Shown here: piece by piece, positions 26,297-35,106 of the stretch
How positions within the stretch are numbered: position 1 is the first letter of the stretch
How the letters are laid out: each line of letters begins with the position of its first letter
IMG/VR virus record: IMGVR_UViG_3300014205_000016
Location: 7,882 to 71,881 of that record
Source: a virus
Taxonomy: Duplodnaviria; Caudoviricetes
Direction: 5' to 3' (one strand)
Length of the DNA stretch: 64,000 nucleotides
The notes under the pieces: model-generated
The model's database searches: none
What the model was told of the DNA's origin: nothing
Seen by the model: the letters and a program-made list of their open reading frames with translations, nothing else
Position numbers and translations under genes: made by a program

Positions 26297-26866
26297 TTAC
26301 TGGCCTTTTGCTTTGTTGCGGTTGATGGAGGCTTCGAGGAGCGCTTTGGCTTCGGCGTACACCGGGTTGTTGACGCCCAGGAACAGACCGGCCTTCGATT
26401 CGACGGCGCAAGTCTGGCTGAATGTCCGCAACCCGGCCTGCTGGGCTTCGTTCAAGGCGCTGAGGTCAACGACAAAGTAACGGTCTTCAACGAACACGGG
26501 CACGTGAGGAACTTCGGTGCTGAGAATCTCGTAAGTCCAAACGCGCTTGCGGTCATCGTCAAACAACCAGCGCCACTGAGCCACCAGCCTGGCGCCGAGA
26601 TAGATTGCGCCGATGCCGTGGGTGCGCCCAACGTCGTGGCCTTCGCTGAAGAGGTCGAGGTGCTTGATGGTGTCGAGATAGGCATTGTATTGATCCTGGG
26701 TGACTTCGACCAAGGCCGGACTGCGAGCGAGTTTCGCTTCATGTTCGGTCATCCCGACGAAACCGTGCTCATGAGGACGTTCTCGCATGCACATGATGCA
26801 ATAGTCGATGGATTGGCCTGGAGTGTGTTGCCAGTGGCACTTGGCACAGCGTGGGTTAACAGCCAT
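26297..26866 (-). CDS. Hypothetical protein with N-terminal Cys motif
   Basis: RCAKC...YCIMC. Confidence 0.65.
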   Translation of the reverse strand: MAVNPRCAKCHWQHTPGQSIDYCIMCMRERPHEHGFVGMTEHEAKLARSPALVEVTQDQYNAYLDTIKHLDLFSEGHDVGRTHGIGAIYLGARLVAQWRWLFDDDRKRVWTYEILSTEVPHVPVFVEDRYFVVDLSALNEAQQAGLRTFSQTCAVESKAGLFLGVNNPVYAEAKALLEASINRNKAKGQ

Positions 26867-26890
26867 AGCGTATTTCCTTTTGCGGTTGGG

Positions 26891-27154
26891 TTAGTCAGGT
26901 ATCTTAAACGATTTGCTGATCCAGTCAAGAGGTTCGTGCATTTCAATGCTGAAAGTGAATCCTACCCTTCTGCTGCCAGTTACGAGCCAATTGCGGAGTT
27001 GGCCTCGGCGTATCATGGCCAGGCAAATTCTGCGCGCCTCAGACGGGTCCGGGTGGATCAAGAGGAAGTGCTCGCATTGCCAGTGTTCGGTGCCGTCTTT
27101 GTCGATCTTCCAGCAGCGCGGCGTAAGCGGCTGCAGTTGGTAAGTCTCGATCAT
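26891..27154 (-). CDS. Hypothetical protein
   Basis: Coupled to upstream ORF by ATGA overlap. Confidence 0.55.
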   Translation of the reverse strand: MIETYQLQPLTPRCWKIDKDGTEHWQCEHFLLIHPDPSEARRICLAMIRRGQLRNWLVTGSRRVGFTFSIEMHEPLDWISKSFKIPD

Positions 27155-27441
27155 CGAACCAACTCCCGTTGCTTATTGGCGTCAAACTCCTTACCGCCGA
27201 ACAGCGGAACCAACCAGGCGTCTCGCTTCATCGCGATGGCGGGCGCATCAGACTCCTCATCGTACAAGATCACCGCCCAGCAAGCCTCACCCGTATCGTT
27301 CGTGTCCGATTCGTAGTTGGGCCAGCGGATAACCTCTCCAGGTTGGAACCAGCCGACCACCTGGACGCTCTTGCCGATGTCCTCAGGACGATGTTCGGCG
27401 CCGCCAACGACGATGGCGGGGTCACCAGTATTGAATCTCAT
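27151..27441 (-). CDS. Small SH3/KOW-like hypothetical protein
   Basis: MRFNTGDPAIVVGG...IGKSVQVVGW. Confidence 0.6.
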   Translation of the reverse strand: MRFNTGDPAIVVGGAEHRPEDIGKSVQVVGWFQPGEVIRWPNYESDTNDTGEACWAVILYDEESDAPAIAMKRDAWLVPLFGGKEFDANKQRELVR

Positions 27442-28133
27442 TTCAACACCTCCAACGTCTCGGCTATCTCGATCAGTTCATCACAATAAGCAGAAGGTGA
27501 GTTGCAGTATTCAAGTCCACTGGCAATCTCACGGATTCGAGCGATGGCCTTGTCCACCAGGCGCTCTGCCCGTTCCGTCTCGGCGTGGGCCTGGTCCACC
27601 TCAGCGCAACGCCTGCACGTAGGCTGGCCGTAAGCAGCCTTAGAGCCGCAGCGGCAATTGGGCTGAGCCTTACTCGCCTCGGACCGCGCTCGACTCTGGG
27701 CGGCGTGTTTGCGGCACAGCTTGCCGCGCTTCCGGTTCCCGCTCTGATCCACCGAAGGCTCATTACAATGCGTACACAGACGAGTGCGCGTTATCGGCGT
27801 AGGCTTACAACCGGACACCGCCTGCAGGTTGGTGCTGATCTTCACGTAGTCCGTAACGGGCCGGAACTCTCCACTCAGCACGTCGTCGATATGGTTGCGG
27901 AACTTGACTTGCTCAGCCTCCTCTTCAGGCGTCAACTTGAAGAATTCGCGGGCCGCTTCATCATCGACCATCGTCAACTCGATGGTATGCGACAAGCCAA
28001 CCGAGAAGCCATCAGGAGGGCAATCGCGGCCATCACCGGCCCAGAATGGATCGGCCCAGCCCTGGACCTCAACACCGCCAATGGTGATGGTTACGTCGTG
28101 GCCTTCGACGTGAATTCGCTTTTCGTCGCTCAT
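27438..28133 (-). CDS. Hypothetical protein with two Cys clusters
   Basis: CTHC...LCRKH and CRCG...CRRC. Confidence 0.65.
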   Translation of the reverse strand: MSDEKRIHVEGHDVTITIGGVEVQGWADPFWAGDGRDCPPDGFSVGLSHTIELTMVDDEAAREFFKLTPEEEAEQVKFRNHIDDVLSGEFRPVTDYVKISTNLQAVSGCKPTPITRTRLCTHCNEPSVDQSGNRKRGKLCRKHAAQSRARSEASKAQPNCRCGSKAAYGQPTCRRCAEVDQAHAETERAERLVDKAIARIREIASGLEYCNSPSAYCDELIEIAETLEVLK

Positions 28134-28423
28134 AGCTCACTCTCCTGTAAACGGATTCTTAATTGGTTCACGCTGTAGCCCATTATCTCCTCGACCCTCC
28201 ACCAAGCAGTCCCGGCGTCACGGAGTTCACGCACCTGGGCGAGTACGTCAGCGTTGATCTCACGCTTGCGATGGCGCGGGAACTCTACGCCGCGACGCTT
28301 GAGCGCACGCTGGACGTTGGTCGGGTGGATATCGAAGTGGAGCGCGATCTTGCGACATGAGTACCCGGCAGCAATCATGGCCGCCATCTTGTCGACCTTA
28401 TCTGGCGTCGCCTTGAGGTCCAT
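28130..28423 (-). CDS. Tandem helix-turn-helix DNA-binding protein
   Basis: GYSCRKIALHFDIHPTNVQRAL and GTAWWRVEEIMGYSVNQLR. Confidence 0.75.
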   Translation of the reverse strand: MDLKATPDKVDKMAAMIAAGYSCRKIALHFDIHPTNVQRALKRRGVEFPRHRKREINADVLAQVRELRDAGTAWWRVEEIMGYSVNQLRIRLQESEL

Positions 28424-28677
28424 TACCAGGCCGTCCAGGTGTCAGTTACCACGAACCCTTCTGACATCTTGTAAACGTCAGAGCGGACCAAGCAAAGCTG
28501 ACGTTTCGGCATCACGCCAGGCCACAACTGCTGAGTGTCGAAGGTGCGGACCTGAGCCCAATAACCGCAAGACTCTGCGCAATCAGACGTACCAATCCCG
28601 ATGACGTATTGCACTCCATCCGACGTAAGTGTCGCCTCTGCAAGACCGAGTGTTGGACGTATAATGAAATCAAACAT
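28423..28677 (-). CDS. Hypothetical protein
   Basis: SD ggag before MFDFIIRP (28677); TAATG overlap downstream. Confidence 0.55.
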   Translation of the reverse strand: MFDFIIRPTLGLAEATLTSDGVQYVIGIGTSDCAESCGYWAQVRTFDTQQLWPGVMPKRQLCLVRSDVYKMSEGFVVTDTWTAW

Positions 28678-28756
28678 CGCCTTTCTCCACATTCTGTTCA
28701 GACTGATAGAATTATCCTCCACGAACTTCAGAAAGGCAAACTTTATTCCGGTCGAT

Positions 28757-28787
28757 GAAAAGGCCACCCTTGGGCGGCCTTTCGTTT
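28757..28787 (-). terminator. Intrinsic terminator after VapE-like gene
   Basis: Minus strand gaaaggccgccc-aag-ggtggccttttc. Confidence 0.65.
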
Positions 28788-28797
28788 ACATCACCGA

Positions 28798-30516
28798 CTA
28801 GAACCCTCCATCACCTGAGTGGGCCTGCTTAATGGCCGCGATCTCAGCGTCAACCTCACGGTCGTTGAGTCCGGTATCCTCGGACCCGTGACGCCAGATC
28901 ATCCTCAGCAGCGCGGCTTCATCCGTCTCGAAACCATCCGCTACGCCTTTGACGTGCTCATCCTTGATGAAGTAACCACGCAAGCCTAACTGCTTACCCT
29001 CGAATCCCATGGACGACATGTGAGGCGTCAACCCCTTGCTGTACGGCTCCCGGCGAGTCAGCTTCAGGAATCGCTCGTTGACCTGAGTCGATGCCACAAA
29101 GAACCCAGGCCACTTGCCGTGGGCGCCGACGCGTCTCCAGTCGCAAGTCAACAACACCACCTTCAGGTTGATCTCAATGTTATCATCGCTGACGATACCA
29201 CGGGCGTGATCGCGTTCGCCGGCAGAGAATTCAGACACCTCGCGGTTGGCTTGGTTGACCAGCTCCAGCCAGCCCTTATCTCCGTTGGCGGCATGCCAGG
29301 CGCGACACTCAGCCATGATCTGCCATAGGTCTTCCTTGAAGTTGGTGTAGTCAATCTTCCGGCCCTTCTCCCAGTTGGGTTGTCCGTTGACGTCGGCCGA
29401 CTGGAAGGCAAATAAAGGATAGAAGCGTCGGTTGCCGGTATCGTCTCGCTGGAGCCCTGAGTATTCGTTACCGTCCATGATGATGATCCATTGGCGCTGC
29501 TTGATCTGGCTGTCCTCGAACTTGAAGTCCAGGTCATCCTCGCCTTTGGAAACAAACTCCTTGATACGGAGCATGTCGCCCTTCTTGAAGCCCGCCATCT
29601 CACCGACGTTCGCCACCAGACTCTTGCCGGTGATGTTGCGCAGGAACTGGTTATAGTTCTTGGCGCTCAAGTCGAGTTGCACCGGCCCGGTCGAAGGGTC
29701 ACCAGTCAGCAGGCGGCATAGCAACACCGAAAACCAAGACTTGCCCGCGTCCTGGGCGCCGATCAACGACAGCGAGATAGGAGCGAATGTGCCTGGGAAG
29801 TTGATACGCATATAAAGTGCTAGCCAGAAATACTTGCCAACCAACCGAGTCAGCGGCGTATCGTGAGGCTGGAACAATTCAATCAGCTTAGACTCAAGCC
29901 GCGACGTTCCATCCCACTGTGGTATCGTCTGGTTGAAGTAGCAGGCGAGCGAATCGCGTTTGTGGTCCAACGCCCAGGATCGCAGGGAGTCTTGAACCTC
30001 CTTATCCTTGGGGTTCTCCATCCCTGCTGCGTCCAACGCCTGGACCAGCTCCCTGGTGCGAAGGTTCTTGCCGAATACTTCGCCCTCGTGGTCGACTAGA
30101 CGGCCCTTAAATGTGTCGTAGTGGGGATACGGCACCTTGCCGCTGCCGTTATCGAATAGGGCGTCGTAAACCGCGTGCCGATTCATCAAAGAGTCCGGCT
30201 TGGCGCGGGTGCCGATGTCCATTGGGTCGTTCGGGTTGCCCTTCTTGAAGTGAACAAACTTGATCGCATACGGGCCGAGGCGCGTTAACATCCTCGCTCG
30301 CTTAACCAAGCTGCCTTCCGCATAGACCTCGGCGCGATCCAAGTCAGCCTCGGTTGCTCGGTGTTGAAGGTTGACAATAACTTTCTTGGCCTCATCAGCC
30401 GCTGCGGCCATCTCAGGCCCGGTCTGATCGGTGTCCTCAACGCCGCCTATATCAAAGTATTCGTTGCCGCTGTCGTCATCTGGCAGGTCTGAACCCGTCT
30501 CTTTATGATCTGACAT
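28798..30516 (-). CDS. VapE/VirE-like P-loop NTPase (primase-associated helicase)
   Basis: WDGTSRLE, Walker A GAQDAGKS, VANVGEM, DDTGNRRFYP. Confidence 0.85.
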   Translation of the reverse strand: MSDHKETGSDLPDDDSGNEYFDIGGVEDTDQTGPEMAAAADEAKKVIVNLQHRATEADLDRAEVYAEGSLVKRARMLTRLGPYAIKFVHFKKGNPNDPMDIGTRAKPDSLMNRHAVYDALFDNGSGKVPYPHYDTFKGRLVDHEGEVFGKNLRTRELVQALDAAGMENPKDKEVQDSLRSWALDHKRDSLACYFNQTIPQWDGTSRLESKLIELFQPHDTPLTRLVGKYFWLALYMRINFPGTFAPISLSLIGAQDAGKSWFSVLLCRLLTGDPSTGPVQLDLSAKNYNQFLRNITGKSLVANVGEMAGFKKGDMLRIKEFVSKGEDDLDFKFEDSQIKQRQWIIIMDGNEYSGLQRDDTGNRRFYPLFAFQSADVNGQPNWEKGRKIDYTNFKEDLWQIMAECRAWHAANGDKGWLELVNQANREVSEFSAGERDHARGIVSDDNIEINLKVVLLTCDWRRVGAHGKWPGFFVASTQVNERFLKLTRREPYSKGLTPHMSSMGFEGKQLGLRGYFIKDEHVKGVADGFETDEAALLRMIWRHGSEDTGLNDREVDAEIAAIKQAHSGDGGF

Positions 30517-30535
30517 AACTCTCTCCTATGCCAGA

Positions 30536-31036
30536 TTAAAAGTTGATGGATTGAGCGTAGTCCGTCGGCTTGTCCGGGCCTGTATAGTATTCTGGGTGCG
30601 CTATCAAGTAGTCGCCTGTGGCCCTCATCATGCGCCGGTAATGCTCGATGAACCCGGCTCGCCCAGCCTGGTGCTCAAGGTTGATTCGCTCTGCGAAGTA
30701 CGAAAAGTTAGCGTTCAATATGCCGTTTTCAATCAGGAACGAAAGGCAACTCAACAACACAAGGGATCGCTGGCGCGGATTCAACTTAACCTTGGGCATG
30801 CTGAAGTTGGAGAATCCGGTGCCCTGGTGTCCGCTTCCGTCAAAGATCAAGGAGGAAAGGAAGCAAGCGCGAGGCCCGACAAACTCCATGGTGATGTAGG
30901 ATATTTCCCCGTTGGAGTTGCGCGCTACGTGGACTGATAGTTGGCGGTCGAAGTCCGTGACACCGTGAATTCCGACTTGGGCTTCAGGCGAGCTGGTAGC
31001 CTGGTAAATCATCAAGAAAAGTTGCTGCTTGGTCAT
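30536..31036 (-). CDS. Hypothetical protein
   Basis: 166-aa ORF; followed by SD of the VapE-like gene. Confidence 0.6.
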   Translation of the reverse strand: MTKQQLFLMIYQATSSPEAQVGIHGVTDFDRQLSVHVARNSNGEISYITMEFVGPRACFLSSLIFDGSGHQGTGFSNFSMPKVKLNPRQRSLVLLSCLSFLIENGILNANFSYFAERINLEHQAGRAGFIEHYRRMMRATGDYLIAHPEYYTGPDKPTDYAQSINF

Positions 31037-31120
31037 GGTGATTAAATCTCTTCAGCGCTTACACTTTGAGGCGCTGGCCGTGAGGCTAGTTGGTCGGGCG
31101 TCTATTCTCGACTATCGGAA

Positions 31121-31957
31121 CTATTCCGGCAAATCGCTGTCGTCTGGCTTCAGAAGCTCAACCAGCTCCGTCAAATCCTTGATGACTTCATCAGTAGACA
31201 TGTCCGCGTAGGTGCCTGGGCGTGGAGGGTTTACGACGGCATTAGTCGCCAGGCGCTGGCCAAGTTGGATGGTGCCATAATATTCGCGACTGATCTGCTC
31301 CAGGCGAATTTGGTTGGCCGTCAAGCGCATATTGTTTGGAGTGCGGAAGTCTCCTGGCAGGATTTTCTCGAATGGAGGCTGGTTGTCGGTGCGGACGAAA
31401 GGGATATTCTTGAACGAGTCGGTGATGGTGGTGTTCTTCTCTTTGAAGTGATCCTTTTGGAGTCCAAAGAGCATCGGCGATCTTGCGGCCATACCACCGA
31501 TCATGCTGCTGATCTCAGCTATCTCATCTGGAGTCATCTTCAGCAATTCGTCGGTTTGTTGCTCGAACTTACGCAGCCACTCGGAGCGATAGAATTGGCG
31601 CTGGCGAAGGTCAGTCAGGTCAGACTTGGTGATGCAGTCAACCGGCTCTTTCAACGGCATATTCGCGGGCCGCTGAGGACGGTTGGCCTGCTGGGCGTCG
31701 ACGATCATGGCGATGGCCGGGAACTGCCGCGAAAGGGCATCTAAGGTCACCATGGTGAGCATCGGGTCGGTGGCCAGGATGAGTACGCAAGCCTCACGCG
31801 TCAAGCTCCAGCTGCCAATGTCGTATACGTCGTCAATGAAGCTGGAGTCCAGCACGTCCGTCATCAACATGATGTCAATATCGAACTTCTTAATCAGGTC
31901 GCTGAGAGGCAAGCGGATGACGTCGGCTTTGGAGCCATAAATGATGTTAATCTTCAT
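31121..31957 (-). CDS. Hypothetical protein
   Basis: 278-aa ORF with SD agagga and upstream AT-rich promoter/IR region at 31980-32035. Confidence 0.65.
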   Translation of the reverse strand: MKINIIYGSKADVIRLPLSDLIKKFDIDIMLMTDVLDSSFIDDVYDIGSWSLTREACVLILATDPMLTMVTLDALSRQFPAIAMIVDAQQANRPQRPANMPLKEPVDCITKSDLTDLRQRQFYRSEWLRKFEQQTDELLKMTPDEIAEISSMIGGMAARSPMLFGLQKDHFKEKNTTITDSFKNIPFVRTDNQPPFEKILPGDFRTPNNMRLTANQIRLEQISREYYGTIQLGQRLATNAVVNPPRPGTYADMSTDEVIKDLTELVELLKPDDSDLPE

Positions 31958-32029
31958 GTTGAATCCTCTGGCTATCAGAAGGGCGTTATGCCTGGCGAGA
32001 CTATAACGCCTTATTCAGTAATTAGGAAA

Positions 32030-33100
32030 TTATTTCAACCCTGCCGCTTTGCTATTGATGTTGTCGAGTCGCTGAGCGATAGTCGGAATGACCACCTCAT
32101 CAACGAACACCGCCCAGGTACGTCGGTGCAACTTGCGGCAACCGTCGTGAGCACATCCAAAAACAAACTCGTGTTCAGCGCCGGGGATCGGGCCGCGAAA
32201 GTACGCTCCGTATGGATCGCCGTTCGAGTGCTCATCGCCCCAAGGGCAACGCACACGATACTTGCCTGACATGTTCATCGATACTTCGCCGTTAGAGCCT
32301 TCGCCCATCTTGGCTTTGGACATGATGTAGTCGGCCAACTTCAGCCATACCGCATCAAACTTGAACTCATCCTCATCTATCTGGATGATCGGTTTTTGCG
32401 GCACGACAATTGTGAACCCGAACGCTGCCGCGATATCCTCCGGGGCGTACCGGCGCGAATAGTCCGCCTGCACCAGCTGTACCTGATATGGCTTACCGTC
32501 CACTAGGTACTTGAACTTGCCATCGGCCTCCCGCTTGTTGTTGATACCGATAGGCATACGCCCGTATCGCGAGATATCCTTGATGGTATTGTCACCGCCC
32601 TTTTTGAGGACGTTGGCAACGAAACAATTCAGGAGGGCTTTGAAGTGCAGGAGCGAGTCCTGGGGTGCATCAAAGAAGTACCACAACTGATAATTCCCTG
32701 GGGAGGTTTCAACCGTAGCAGTTGGCGGTAGAATAGCCTCAAAGTGCTCAAGGCCAAGTCCTCCTTTAGACCCCTTACCAAAGCCGATGTCGTCCACCAT
32801 GAGCGCGAGCCCATGACCAAAACTGATCTCACCTCGCCAGAATCGCATCTGCCCGGTCTTTTCGTTGCGCGTCTTGATGGAGGATGAAATACACGCATAG
32901 CAGTTCGCTCGCTCGTTAATGTACTTGCCGGCCTTCCAGGGTGTCGGCCACCAACCGGCATTGACCTTCTTGCCGCTGGCGTCGGTTTGTACGGTCGCTT
33001 CCTCGGCATAGCCTGCCATCACCCGTTCCGTATCAGGGATGGTGCTTTGGAGTTCCCGTAGGAACTCCTCTGCTTGCTCCAGGCGCGTCTTGGAGGTCAA
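32030..33100 (-). CDS. RepB-type (AEP superfamily) DNA primase
   Basis: LMVDDIG, ATVETSPGNYQLWY, RYGRMP; C-terminal Zn motif CPWGDEH...CAHDGC; TTG start. Confidence 0.85.
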   Translation of the reverse strand: MTSKTRLEQAEEFLRELQSTIPDTERVMAGYAEEATVQTDASGKKVNAGWWPTPWKAGKYINERANCYACISSSIKTRNEKTGQMRFWRGEISFGHGLALMVDDIGFGKGSKGGLGLEHFEAILPPTATVETSPGNYQLWYFFDAPQDSLLHFKALLNCFVANVLKKGGDNTIKDISRYGRMPIGINNKREADGKFKYLVDGKPYQVQLVQADYSRRYAPEDIAAAFGFTIVVPQKPIIQIDEDEFKFDAVWLKLADYIMSKAKMGEGSNGEVSMNMSGKYRVRCPWGDEHSNGDPYGAYFRGPIPGAEHEFVFGCAHDGCRKLHRRTWAVFVDEVVIPTIAQRLDNINSKAAGLK

Positions 33101-33525
33101 TCAGGAGCCCTCTCAACGAATGTAACGCGCTCGCGCAGGAAGGTTCTGGAAACCGCAGTATCGCACGTCTCGATGGTAATGACCTTATCGGTCAAGTGCG
33201 TGATGATGATCTTAATCAACTCGCCCTTTGAGCCGTTATGGATCCACCATTTTTCATGCACAAGGATCGTCTCACCCTCAGAGCTGCAGACCGTCGCGGC
33301 TTTGCCTTTTTGGTAAAGGGTAACGAGGTCGTGAACGGTATAACCGTCCGGGTGAAATTCGAACGTCGGGCCTTCTCCGGTGAAATACGCTTTGTGCCCA
33401 AACTGATGACGGGCAAAGAAGAGCCTCCCATCGACATTGCGTCTGACGATGTGAGTTGCCCAGTAAGGCGTGGTGACCGCAGGGGATTCAACTCCGGTCT
33501 GTTCGTACATGAATACTTGGTCCAT
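33097..33525 (-). CDS. Hypothetical protein
   Basis: Coupled run upstream of primase. Confidence 0.6.
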   Translation of the reverse strand: MDQVFMYEQTGVESPAVTTPYWATHIVRRNVDGRLFFARHQFGHKAYFTGEGPTFEFHPDGYTVHDLVTLYQKGKAATVCSSEGETILVHEKWWIHNGSKGELIKIIITHLTDKVITIETCDTAVSRTFLRERVTFVERAPD

Positions 33526-33758
33526 CAGTTTGACTCCTTGAAGTTGACAAGCTCATCAAACACCTTGTCGATGTTTGCCGGATGATAGATTTGGCCGGTG
33601 CGCGAGATAACCCATTCACCTTCAAAGTGGTCGAAGGTCGCCCAGCGCTTGTTGCCTGGACAGGCAGTCACCCTGATACGGTCGCCTGGGCGCAACTTGG
33701 CCTTGGCGCGCTTGGCCGCTGTTCTGTACATCAGTCGCTTATTCTCGGTGACTTCCAT
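33525..33758 (-). CDS. Small SH3-like hypothetical protein
   Basis: LRPGDRIRV motif; TGATG overlap. Confidence 0.6.
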   Translation of the reverse strand: MEVTENKRLMYRTAAKRAKAKLRPGDRIRVTACPGNKRWATFDHFEGEWVISRTGQIYHPANIDKVFDELVNFKESN

Positions 33759-34333
33759 CAGTAATTATCCCGTGGAATGTTGTGTTGAGGGAAACGATCA
33801 GCCGACTCTTGGTCGACCTCGACAGCATAACTGCGGGTGATGCCTGTCACAGCCGCGAGTCGGTCAAGTCCTTCACCGCTTGCCACATCCAGTGCCATAC
33901 CAACTGCCTCATCAACCGCGATGATCTTGAACTCACCACCTCGGAACTTCTTGCCACGAACGCAGTCCAGCGTACCAAGCTCGTTCGGCGAGTTCGGCGA
34001 GATACCGGCGACAAACAGCACCTTGTCAAGCTCGGCCTTCACGCGGCCTGGTGCCGAACCGTTCTCAACCAGAATGCGATAGCAGTCCAGACCCATGTGA
34101 CCGCTGGGCTCCACGTGCTTGATGGACGACATCATCGCCATGGCGCGGGCCGTCGAATCCTCGGCGCTCAAGCCTTCGCCTTTGGCCTGGTCAACGGCGA
34201 CCGCCGCAGCCGCAGTCATCAGCGCTTGATGGAGGAAGGCCAACTCCATCCCGACCATCACGCCGGAGTTGTGGAGACGCTTCAGCAGGCGTTTGCCCTG
34301 GTTGACTTCCCAGCTATTGATCGCTTCGTTCAT
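33758..34333 (-). CDS. Hypothetical protein
   Basis: 191 aa; C-terminal ASGEGLDRLAAVTGITR. Confidence 0.6.
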   Translation of the reverse strand: MNEAINSWEVNQGKRLLKRLHNSGVMVGMELAFLHQALMTAAAAVAVDQAKGEGLSAEDSTARAMAMMSSIKHVEPSGHMGLDCYRILVENGSAPGRVKAELDKVLFVAGISPNSPNELGTLDCVRGKKFRGGEFKIIAVDEAVGMALDVASGEGLDRLAAVTGITRSYAVEVDQESADRFPQHNIPRDNY

Positions 34334-34550
34334 CTTGACATTCCTTCTCGTGTATGGCGCGCAGTTCGTCGCGCTGATCTGGTGTGAGTGCGTTTTCGCG
34401 AATTCGCCTTTGATAGCGGTCTACCGTACCAAACATTCGCTGTTCCAGGCTGGAACAAGGCATAGCACGGAACTCGCTGATGACGCCGCTAAGTTCGAGG
34501 CATACATGGTGGAGGTGCGCTATCTGTTCTAACTCTTTGCGTGTCGCCAT
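34314..34550 (-). CDS. Small hypothetical protein
   Basis: First gene after divergent promoter; SD aagg. Confidence 0.6.
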   Translation of the reverse strand: MATRKELEQIAHLHHVCLELSGVISEFRAMPCSSLEQRMFGTVDRYQRRIRENALTPDQRDELRAIHEKECQDERSDQ

Positions 34551-34618
34551 TGGTTGGCCTTCTGTACTTGTTGAATCTGAGCCGATTCTGCTCCACTATG
34601 ACGATAAAGGCAAGCGAT

Positions 34619-34672
34619 TTGCTTTCTGAATCATCTTGGCGCTATAGTACGCCTGCCGAATCAACGGCGCAA
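34619..34672. promoter_or_regulatory. Overlapping face-to-face sigma70-like promoters
   Basis: Plus TTGCTT(34619)-N18-TATAGT(34643); minus TTGCGC(34672)-N17-TACTAT(34649-34644). Confidence 0.55.
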
Positions 34673-34698
34673 ACCTTCTTCTAATAGGACAGCAGGTT

Positions 34699-35106
34699 AT
34701 GAAGACCAAATATTACAGCGGCATCATCATCGACGTCCACGGCAAACGCAGAACGGCGCGACTCCGTGAGACCATCAACTTCTGGATGGAGTCAAAGGGC
34801 CAATGGTGGCGCAAGACTGACGGCTCTCTATCTGGTGCCACCCAGGAGTATCCGAAGCTGCTGGTGAATACGGTTGAGCGAATCATCGACGTTCGCGGCG
34901 CGACCCACAAGACCACCCACTTCGGCCACATCAAAAAAGCCAAAGGTGGTGCCGGCGTAAATCGTCCGATACGCGAGACTCAGTATGACTGGGTGGACAT
35001 GGACGGCAAACGCTTCAAGAAGGCTGACAACGGATGGTCGACGGACCAAACGGAAAAGCTGGACCTCAACTCAATCGAAGCCCTACCGAAAAAGGCCCGA
35101 AAATGA
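34699..35106 (+). CDS. Basic hypothetical protein with internal repeat
   Basis: RETINFWMESKGQWWRKTDG / RETQYDWVDMDGKRFKKADNG. Confidence 0.7.
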   Translation: MKTKYYSGIIIDVHGKRRTARLRETINFWMESKGQWWRKTDGSLSGATQEYPKLLVNTVERIIDVRGATHKTTHFGHIKKAKGGAGVNRPIRETQYDWVDMDGKRFKKADNGWSTDQTEKLDLNSIEALPKKARK

